Positions 57,409-63,847 of a DNA stretch of 64,000 nt are shown piece by piece. Every line of letters begins with the position of its first letter. The first letter of the stretch is position 1. The stretch is from IMG/VR virus record IMGVR_UViG_3300045988_129927; one strand, given 5' to 3'. The DNA is from a virus. Position numbers and translations under genes: made by a program. The notes under the pieces are model-generated. The model did not search any database, was not told the DNA's origin, and saw only the letters and a list, made by a program, of their open reading frames with translations.

Positions 57409-58152
57409 TTAACGACCGAAGTAAGCCAGTAGACGATTACGAGCCATTTCGCTAAAACCATATTGCAGTGCACGACCCATGTCAATTTCTTTATTGATTT
57501 TGCTACTACGAGTAGTAGGGTCAGCCAATACAGACAACATAGTCATTAAGTTAGGATAGCATTGCTGTTCTACTAAGTCAAGACGAATGTTCTCTTGGAA
57601 GCGCATGAGAGAGAAGATATTAAGTGGTTGACCTTCTTTACCGTGTTTTACGAACAACTGCATCAGTAAGTCCATAGAGTAACGGAAATCTAAGTCTGAA
57701 GTCTTAGTGATAATATCCATAATGTTACGGAAGAGTTCTGCTTGCATGATAGGGCCTTGATTAGTCACAAAGCCTTTATCGTTCATTAGAACACGGATAA
57801 CGCCTTTGAAAGATTCCATCTTCTCAACATAGTCGATAATACCAAGCAAAGACATACGAGCAGTAAGGCTTACTAAACCTAGTACTTCATCTACATCTAA
57901 TTCACCTGCTACATGACGACGACGGTCTGCTTCTTGCTCTTGTTCTAAGTCTACAGAAGGATTGTGGATTTCCTCTGTAGCATCAGGAAGCAGAATGTCA
58001 TCAGTAGTATATTCACGACCTTCTTCGATAGAAGGGGAATCTTCGTTAGAGACTTCTTTAATTTCTTCAGCTTCTTCTAAGAGGATAGGTTCTGCATTAG
58101 CAGGATTCATACCATTGCGGTTATTACCGCGTTGTTTTTGACGATTAGACAT
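57409..58152 (-). CDS. hypothetical protein with acidic disordered N-terminal third
   Basis: 247-aa ORF with G+C-richer codon usage. First gene on the minus side of the 1.5-kb divergent noncoding region. Confidence 0.75.
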   Translation of the reverse strand: MSNRQKQRGNNRNGMNPANAEPILLEEAEEIKEVSNEDSPSIEEGREYTTDDILLPDATEEIHNPSVDLEQEQEADRRRHVAGELDVDEVLGLVSLTARMSLLGIIDYVEKMESFKGVIRVLMNDKGFVTNQGPIMQAELFRNIMDIITKTSDLDFRYSMDLLMQLFVKHGKEGQPLNIFSLMRFQENIRLDLVEQQCYPNLMTMLSVLADPTTRSSKINKEIDMGRALQYGFSEMARNRLLAYFGR

Positions 58153-58245
58153 TGTTAATATTCCTTATAGGGTTAAATGTACATTAGAACGACTATAAAG
58201 TAATCATTCATAAGCTTAGCTAGAATGGATAATAGGGGTAAATAT

Positions 58246-58308
58246 ACCCTACGGTGTAGCGTGTACTAAGGGGTATGAAAAGGGTAGGTAAACCCTACGC
58301 TGTAGCGT
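58246..58308. repeat. 17-nt direct repeat pair (iteron-like)
   Basis: ACCCTACGGTGTAGCGT (58246-58262) and ACCCTACGCTGTAGCGT (58292-58308) match at 16 of 17 positions and lie 46 bp apart. They are interspersed with (A)GGGTA motifs. Confidence 0.6.
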
Positions 58309-58331
58309 ATGGTTTTATGTTAAATTTTAAA

Positions 58332-58398
58332 GGGGGGTTTTCCCCCCTCTCCTCCTCCTCCCTAACAACCCTCCTCCTCCTCACCCCCCTTTCCCCCC
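58332..58398. repeat. G6T4C6 palindrome plus ~60-nt C-rich polypyrimidine tract (G-quadruplex/i-motif potential)
   Basis: GGGGGGTTTTCCCCCCTCTCCTCCTCCTCCCTAACAACCCTCCTCCTCCTCACCCCCCTTTCCCCCC. The complementary strand carries G6, G7, (GGA)n and several G3 runs. This is extreme for an AT-rich genome. Confidence 0.7.
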
Positions 58399-58414
58399 AA
58401 AAAAGAAAGAAAAA

Positions 58415-58504
58415 GACTACTATATTATTCCACTCGTCACTCCCCACCTCGTTCCGTTATCACTTCACTCGAAAGGTCATTCCTCGTTTCATAATATAGT
58501 AGTC
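58415..58504. repeat. 14-bp perfect inverted repeat with 62-nt spacer, flanked by purine tracts
   Basis: GACTACTATATTAT (58415-58428) pairs with ATAATATAGTAGTC (58491-58504). AAAAAAGAAAGAAAAAG lies to the left and a 48-nt A-rich run (58505-58552) to the right. Confidence 0.7.
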
Positions 58505-58700
58505 TAAAAAGAAAGAAAAAAAATAAAAAATAAAAACAAATAAAAAAACAAATAGAGAGAAAGCTTATGCTTTCTCTTTGTAACTACGTTGCTTAAACAA
58601 GAAGGTATAAAAGGGAATAAAAGACAAATGAAGCAACGCACGTTACTAACGTCTTTGGATAAACCAAAGACTATTTGTAATAGGTTTTCAACCCTTACAC

Positions 58701-58782
58701 AAATCCCACTACTCGAATAGATGGTATATCCAAGAAGGTATACCTCTATTCGCCTGTGGCACTAGTATCCGTAGTGGGATTT
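58701..58782. ncRNA. structured element 1 of a tandem pair (82 nt)
   Basis: A 12-bp closing stem AAATCCCACTAC/GTAGTGGGATTT encloses a 14-bp bulged hairpin CGAATAGA(T)GGTATA/TATACCTCTATTCG and an 18-nt single-stranded segment ending in TAGTATCC. Confidence 0.45.
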
Positions 58783-58810
58783 GCTTTATTGAGTTATTCA
58801 ACTATTCCTA

Positions 58811-58890
58811 TACTCACTCACTCGAATAAATGGATTACAAGTGGTAGTATCCATTATTCTGTCTACGACGTTAGTATCCGTGAGTGAGTA
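58811..58890. ncRNA. structured element 2 of a tandem pair (80 nt)
   Basis: An 11-bp closing stem TACTCACTCAC/GTGAGTGAGTA encloses the inner bulged hairpin GAATA(A)ATGGAT/ATCCATTATTC. Shares ACTCGAATA.ATGG and TAGTATCCGT with element 1, while the stems covary. Confidence 0.45.
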
Positions 58891-58924
58891 TGGGTTTTTA
58901 AATATCTTCTAATCCTCTTAACCC

Positions 58925-58968
58925 TATCCTCTTTAGCATACGCCTAAAGAGGCGATAAAGAGGATAGT
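58925..58968. other. hairpin with alternative pairing registers
   Basis: CTATCCTCTTTA...TAAAGAGGATAG forms a 12-bp outer stem. The inner CGCC-TAAAGA-GGCG supplies a second TAAAGAGG copy that could pair with CCTCTTTA instead. Confidence 0.4.
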
Positions 58969-59037
58969 GTTATTCGTACTTAGAAGATGGTTGCAGAAGC
59001 AACAGATAGGGATAGAGAAATAAGGATAAGGATAAAT

Positions 59038-59077
59038 CCAACAAGCTCTCGCTTAAAGGTCAACAAGATCCAACAAG
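59038..59077. repeat. three (C/T)CAACAAG repeats
   Basis: CCAACAAG at 59038, TCAACAAG at 59060 and CCAACAAG at 59070, followed by the G+C-rich GGTATCCACCATGACAGGTGGCGCTCTGGTCTCGCGC. Confidence 0.5.
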
Positions 59078-59571
59078 TCTGGTATCCACCATGACAGGTG
59101 GCGCTCTGGTCTCGCGCTACCCCAAGTATGTTTCGCGCGATTTTAAGTTTTTTTATAAGTCTATATATATGCTGAAATATATTTTTGAACAATGTAAACT
59201 AAAAACTAAGTAATGAAATCGAAAAACCACTTCCTATGAAATCTATTGAAAGTTTAGTACCTTTACTAACCTAGACGTAAAGATAACGATTAAGCTATTG
59301 TTTGGATAAGGCTCGTTATAAGGTGATTAGGGTTTAAACCACAAGGATGCAAAACAAATTGAATCAGTGTCCTTTTGTGGTTAATATAACTCAGGTTAAG
59401 AACCTTGTAAATACTGGTCTTGAGAATAATGACTTAGTTGTTTGTAATGCACGTTATGTGGAAAATGTTTCTGAAAACTTATAATGGGATAAAACGTGCT
59501 TAGTAAAGTATTGAATGAGTATTTATTTCTTTTGTTAATCCTAAAGTTGATTTTATATTGATTTTTATAAA

Positions 59572-59617
59572 CACTATACTCAGGCGAATACCTGAGTATA
59601 GTGTATTTTTTTATGTA
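59572..59617 (+). promoter_or_regulatory. hairpin + TTATGT box module upstream of 59662
   Basis: CACTATACTCAGG-CGAATA-CCTGAGTATAGTG, then TATTTTTTTATGTACTTTTG. Confidence 0.45.
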
Positions 59618-59661
59618 CTTTTGAATATCAATGAAAATATAGCTTAAAAAGGTAGATTGAG

Positions 59662-60687
59662 ATGTCCGTCCGATTTATAGAACGAAGTTTATTCGATTGT
59701 GATATTAGTTTAACAAACTTAGCAGTACCGGTATGTTACGAAGGATTACCTGATAAAGATTCGGTAAGAATTACAGAAGTCTTTAAAGAAACGTATCCTC
59801 TTTGGTATGGTATGTTTAAAGAACTAGAAGATGATTACTTTAGTGAAAATGGTTATTGGTGTTTTAGTACCGAGAATGTGAACTTAGTAAGTATCCCTTA
59901 TGCTATTCTCGATAAACCATTTGAGTTTAACATGGATGTGTTTATCCATGCTTTAAAGAAATTTGAAAAAGGTTATTTTGAAGACAATGGTATTGGACAT
60001 TGTATTGACGAATTAAGAATACCTGTGGTTCAATATTTCTCAACAGAAGAATCTTGGTTAGATTTCCAAGAAAAGATAGAAAAAGAGTTATTCAACACTC
60101 GTGTATTGTTTACATTCTGTATTGATTCTAATAAGTGTCCTAATCGATTTAACGCTATGTTTACAGAAGATAAGGTTCACGGCAATACCTATTGGTTTAA
60201 AGGTTCTAGTCCATTAGGTATTGTAGGTAATAGGCCTGTGTTTATAAACTCTCCTACAGGTGAGTTAAAGCAGTATAACAATATACTCGAAGCCATTTAC
60301 GATTATGTGGATTTTAATCTGATGAGTGATACAGTAAGACCAAAAGACCATAGTGGTTTTATTGAATCAACTAAAAAAGATTTGATAGAGTATATTACTA
60401 CTAAACGTACTAACATCTTACCTAGTGGTAAAAAACTATTTGATATTGTTTCTTATGTCGTAAAAACAGGCATTGCTTCTCGTTATAATCAAGACGAGAA
60501 GTTTAAAGAACAAATCGAAGAATTAAAAAGACAAAGAGTCAACCAAATCTATTATTGTGGATATGAATTTCCTAGACTACTAGGTGTTGATTTGGATATG
60601 TCTGAATTAAGTTACGATGTAAGTAATATAGAGATTAAATGTCGTAATCTACTAGGTAATATTTTAACAGAATACTTATACTCTTAA
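59662..60687 (+). CDS. hypothetical protein
   Basis: 341-aa ORF with AAAAAGGTAGATTGAG-ATG. No motif recognised. Confidence 0.8.
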   Translation: MSVRFIERSLFDCDISLTNLAVPVCYEGLPDKDSVRITEVFKETYPLWYGMFKELEDDYFSENGYWCFSTENVNLVSIPYAILDKPFEFNMDVFIHALKKFEKGYFEDNGIGHCIDELRIPVVQYFSTEESWLDFQEKIEKELFNTRVLFTFCIDSNKCPNRFNAMFTEDKVHGNTYWFKGSSPLGIVGNRPVFINSPTGELKQYNNILEAIYDYVDFNLMSDTVRPKDHSGFIESTKKDLIEYITTKRTNILPSGKKLFDIVSYVVKTGIASRYNQDEKFKEQIEELKRQRVNQIYYCGYEFPRLLGVDLDMSELSYDVSNIEIKCRNLLGNILTEYLYS

Positions 60688-60713
60688 ACGTATACTTAAA
60701 AAGGAAAAGATAA

Positions 60714-61343
60714 ATGTATTTGAATAGTAACGAGATTAAGGCATTAGCTCATGCTGATGTTCCTGTGATTACTGACTTTGTTAGTAAAAAAGTAAGTATG
60801 GTAGATGGCCGTATTGTTGCTTCTTACGGATTAGCTGAAAATTGTTACGATGTTCGTATTGCTGAAACACCATTGGAATTGGTTGTTCCTACTTCTAGTA
60901 TTACCCCTAATAAGGATAATCATGCTCATGCGGTATTGGATATCAAGAAAGACTTGGGTGAACAAAAAGAGTTAACTCGTCTTTTCATTGAACCTATTCG
61001 AGAAAGAGACGGTACAGTCTATTTTCTAATCCCACCTAAAACCATGGTATTGGCACACACTGTTGAGCGATTCAATATCCCTAATGACATCAGTGGTGTT
61101 CTTTACTGTAAGTCTTCTTATGCTCGTGTAGGCATGAATATGGCACCTACTACACTGAAGTCAGGTTGGTCGGGACAATTGGTGCTAGAGATTTATAATC
61201 AAACCAATATTCACATGCGTGTATATGCTAATGAAGGTATTGGTACGATTTATTTCTCAAGACATACTCCCAGTAACGATAATGTAGGATACAATGGTGT
61301 ATACCAAGACCAGACAGGTATTACACACGCTAAAACAAAATAG
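60714..61343 (+). CDS. dcd: dCTP deaminase (dUTPase-superfamily)
   Basis: YCKSSYARVGM, GWSGQLVLEIYN and EGIGTIYF match the Dcd signature blocks (SS.aR.G; G..G.l.LE..N). AAAAAGGAAAAGATAA-ATG. Confidence 0.82.
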   Translation: MYLNSNEIKALAHADVPVITDFVSKKVSMVDGRIVASYGLAENCYDVRIAETPLELVVPTSSITPNKDNHAHAVLDIKKDLGEQKELTRLFIEPIRERDGTVYFLIPPKTMVLAHTVERFNIPNDISGVLYCKSSYARVGMNMAPTTLKSGWSGQLVLEIYNQTNIHMRVYANEGIGTIYFSRHTPSNDNVGYNGVYQDQTGITHAKTK

Positions 61344-61431
61344 TTTTAGTTGTACCTAATAAGTGAAATGTAACACATTTCCTCTCTCTCTTTAAAGTTT
61401 AAATTTCATCAATTTCAAAAAGGAAATCAAA

Positions 61432-62070
61432 ATGACTACAATGTCTATTACCCGTGCCCTTACTCGTGTTAAAACTATTGAAAAACAATTGAATCAATTG
61501 GTAGATAAAGAATTTGTGACTACTTTAGCTAAACGTGAAGTAGATAACGTAACAGATACTTACAAAGAAGTTCTGAATAAAACCAAATCTAACTTCGACC
61601 AATTCAATGATTTGTTTGCTGAATTGAACCGTATTAAAGCAGCAGTGCGTAAATCTAACGAAATAACTAAAGTCACTATTGGTGGTGATGAACTGTCTGT
61701 AGCAGATGCTTTGGTTTACAAAAACACTATTGTTTATCGTAGTAACTTCTTAGAAAAGATTGCTCGTGAAAATCGTACTGCCGATTCTCGTGTAGAACAA
61801 AGTAAAATCAATGCAGACAATAAGTTTGCTACTGTACGTGAAAACTTTATTAAAAGTTCACAAGGTCAAGACGTTAATGAAGACTACATGAATACAGTAC
61901 TGACTGAAGAAGAGCGTCGTCTGAAAGCAGCTCTTGTTGAAATTAAAGTATCTGGTATTAAAGATGTAAGTGAATTCATTGAAGCAGAACGTAAACGTAT
62001 TGATACTTTCATTGAAGAAGTAGACTACGTTTTGTCTGAATCTAATGTCACTACCATGATTGAATTCTAA
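61432..62070 (+). CDS. hypothetical helical/coiled-coil protein
   Basis: 212-aa ORF with AAAAAGGAAATCAAA-ATG. Confidence 0.75.
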   Translation: MTTMSITRALTRVKTIEKQLNQLVDKEFVTTLAKREVDNVTDTYKEVLNKTKSNFDQFNDLFAELNRIKAAVRKSNEITKVTIGGDELSVADALVYKNTIVYRSNFLEKIARENRTADSRVEQSKINADNKFATVRENFIKSSQGQDVNEDYMNTVLTEEERRLKAALVEIKVSGIKDVSEFIEAERKRIDTFIEEVDYVLSESNVTTMIEF

Positions 62071-62140
62071 TCTAATCGATTAGTATTCTGTAAAGAATAA
62101 GGAGCTACTTTTGAATTTGAAATAAAATTTAGAAGTAGTT

Positions 62141-62191
62141 CTTTATATGAAAGAAGTATAGTTTTTAGTTCGATTTTCCTATTCTTCTTTC
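62141..62191 (+). promoter_or_regulatory. TATATG box plus leader hairpin upstream of tRNA-Ile
   Basis: CTTTATATGAAAGAAGTATA closely matches (about 18 of 20) the minus-strand sequence at 56446-56427. GAAAGAAGTATAG pairs with CTATTCTTCTTTC (62179-62191) at 12 of 13 positions. Confidence 0.4.
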
Positions 62192-62332
62192 TTGTCTTTA
62201 AAAAGATAGATTTGAGAAATAAGTGCTTTGTTTTAAAGAAACAAAACCATTGGTTATCGAATAATGATAAATCCAATACACTCCGTCTTAGATTCGGAAT
62301 AATCTAAATGCTTACAATCAATTAGCATACGA

Positions 62333-62405
62333 TCCCTTATAGCTCAGTGGGTAGAGCGTCTGCCTTATACGCAGGTTGTCGGGTGTTCGAATCATCCTAA
62401 GGAAA
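62333..62405 (+). tRNA. tRNA-Ile (anticodon UAU)
   Basis: Cloverleaf read by eye: acceptor TCCCTTA/TAAGGAA (one C-A mismatch at 2:71), D arm GCTC-AGTGGGTA-GAGC, anticodon arm TCTGC-CTTATAC-GCAGG, T arm GGGTG-TTCGAAT-CATCC. No encoded CCA. Confidence 0.75.
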
Positions 62406-62446
62406 TATATATCTGGGTAACTATAATACTGCCCATAGCCGATTGA

Positions 62447-62555
62447 TAAAAGCTAAAAGTTTAAAGTTCGAAAGATACTAAAGCTTAAAGATTATTTATA
62501 CGAATTAAAGATAGAAAGTTGAAAGACTAAAGTTAGTTCAAATCCTCTACTAAAG
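62447..62555 (+). repeat. AAAG-unit array (11 copies in ~110 nt)
   Basis: TAAAAG C TAAAAG TT TAAAG TTCG AAAG ATAC TAAAG CT TAAAG ... TAAAG ATAG AAAG TT GAAAG AC TAAAG ... TAAAG. Lies downstream of tRNA-Ile. Confidence 0.5.
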
Positions 62556-62640
62556 GTTATTTAGGATAGTAGTGTATATCCTTTCATTTCCTAGAGGCTG
62601 GTACCTCGGTGGTTTTGTTTCACCCCTATTCTTAAGTATT

Positions 62641-62686
62641 ACTCTCTACTCCAAAATAGGAGTAGAGAGTAGTATTTCCTTATGTT
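62641..62686 (+). promoter_or_regulatory. hairpin + TTATGTT box module upstream of 62745
   Basis: ACTCTCTACTCC-AAAATA-GGAGTAGAGAGT, then AGTATTTCCTTATGTTTCTTTTTT. Confidence 0.45.
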
Positions 62687-62744
62687 TCTTTTTTAATTTG
62701 TATGATTATTCACAGTATTTATTAACAGTTAAGAAAGACAAAAA

Positions 62745-63305
62745 ATGAATCACATTTATTTTAAACTCATTAAGAATCTTGTTCTTTTTATTCCTTTGTT
62801 TATTATTTCTACAGTAGTAAGTCTACTCTCTTATCCATTAGGACCTATTATTGCTTTATTTAGTTTAACTAATAAAGAAGGGAATGTACCTAAAGTATTT
62901 ACACCTTGGTTAACGCATGATAACCCCATAGACGGAGACCAGTGGCATTTAGAGAGATGGCCTGGTGATACTACTCTTATTAAGTTTAAACGTCGTACAG
63001 CATGGTTATGGCGCAATAAAGGCTATTGGTTTGACTATTATTACTTAGGTAGACCAATTGGTAAGTGTTTAATTAACCATGGTAATCCAGATACCTCAGA
63101 CCAGGGTTGTGAAGGTGTATTATTCCAGTATAATGAGAATGGTGTTTGGGAATTCTACTTAATCTATCGTTATCCATTTAAAAAGGATAAATGCCTTAGA
63201 ATTAGATTAGGTTGGAAGTTAGATGATACTGTAATAGGTTCTGACAAGATGATGATGATTGCAACATCTATCGGGATTTGGAAATCGTTTGAAGAAAAGA
63301 AATAA
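62745..63305 (+). CDS. membrane-anchored hypothetical protein
   Basis: 186 aa with an N-terminal hydrophobic segment (LVLFIPLFIISTVVSLLSYPLGPIIALF) followed by a Trp/Arg-rich domain. Confidence 0.75.
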   Translation: MNHIYFKLIKNLVLFIPLFIISTVVSLLSYPLGPIIALFSLTNKEGNVPKVFTPWLTHDNPIDGDQWHLERWPGDTTLIKFKRRTAWLWRNKGYWFDYYYLGRPIGKCLINHGNPDTSDQGCEGVLFQYNENGVWEFYLIYRYPFKKDKCLRIRLGWKLDDTVIGSDKMMMIATSIGIWKSFEEKK

Positions 63306-63315
63306 AAAGCAAAAA

Positions 63316-63343
63316 AAAGAAATCCCGATTAAGGGATTTCTTT
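63316..63343. terminator. bidirectional hairpin between convergent genes
   Basis: AAAGAAATCCC-GATTAA-GGGATTTCTTT, flanked by A- and T-runs. Confidence 0.65.
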
Positions 63344-63355
63344 TTAATCTTCACC

Positions 63356-63685
63356 TTACCAATTGTGTGGCAGAGCGAAGATTACTTTTTCATGTGCACG
63401 TAATTTTTGTGCAACAGATTTCATACGGTTCACTTTACGTTCACCAGATTCAATACTGCTATCGATGGTAGCGATATCGTTCTCGTATTTAGCAAATAAA
63501 GAATTGTATTCACTAGGAGAACCAACGAATAATTTCAGTTCTTGGTGGAAGTTGTACTCCACACATTCTTTATGTGCTTTGTTTTTAGCTAATGTGTTTT
63601 CCAAAGCTTCAATAGCTTTAGCAAAACGGATTTCGCGGCCTTGGTTACGGATAATCCAAGCTGATTTTTGTTTAAAAGTTAACAT
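63356..63685 (-). CDS. hypothetical protein
   Basis: 109-aa ORF with TATATAAAGAAAGATTACT-ATG. The plus-strand ORF 63363..63710 is antisense noise. Confidence 0.7.
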   Translation of the reverse strand: MLTFKQKSAWIIRNQGREIRFAKAIEALENTLAKNKAHKECVEYNFHQELKLFVGSPSEYNSLFAKYENDIATIDSSIESGERKVNRMKSVAQKLRAHEKVIFALPHNW

Positions 63686-63745
63686 AGTAATCTTTCTTTA
63701 TATAAGTTAGTAAATATAGTTAATGAGAAGATTCTTCTTCTCTTT

Positions 63746-63770
63746 CACTATAGTAGTATATATCTGAAAT
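63746..63770 (-). promoter_or_regulatory. promoter-like box (TATACTACTATAGTG)
   Basis: The minus strand reads ...TCAGATATATACTACTATAGTGAAAG, upstream of 63685. Same family as 13017, 15167, 32059 and 52201. Confidence 0.4.
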
Positions 63771-63830
63771 AATCTAGAATATATGTTGAAGAGCTATTTA
63801 ATTAAATTAAATAATATTTTCTATATCTTC

Positions 63831-63840
63831 TTTATATATG
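63831..63840 (+). promoter_or_regulatory. TATATG box 8 nt upstream of tRNA-like gene
   Basis: CTTCTTTATATATG AAAATGA then GCGTGAG. Same TATATG core as at 62144 and 56443(-). Confidence 0.35.
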
Positions 63841-63847
63841 AAAATGA

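Noticed and set aside
58701-58890. The two ~80-nt elements as tRNA genes.
   Set aside because: They are tRNA-sized with a terminal stem, but they have no D/T-arm consensus (no GG, no TTCRA), no 7-nt anticodon loop and no cloverleaf. Each folds as a closing stem plus one long bulged hairpin.
58275-59192. ORFs 58275..58499(+) and 58980..59192(-) inside the 1.5-kb noncoding region.
   Set aside because: The first is a translation of the C-rich tract (SPLSSSSLTTLLLLTPLSP). Neither has an RBS of the type used by every confident gene here.
62067-62276. The minus-strand ORF 62067..62276 (69 aa). Also 16943..17128, 19358..19579, 35265..35474, 36068..36265, 45343..45600 and 63259..63710.
   Set aside because: They lie in spacers occupied by hairpin, promoter or tRNA-leader elements, or antisense to confident genes. 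None has an RBS, and their products are AT-rich-codon low-complexity sequences.
952-62670. The recurring hairpins as a CRISPR array or as MITE-like transposable elements.
   Set aside because: The copies are separated by whole genes rather than short spacers and differ in sequence and length. They show no target-site duplications or terminal inverted repeats beyond the stem itself.
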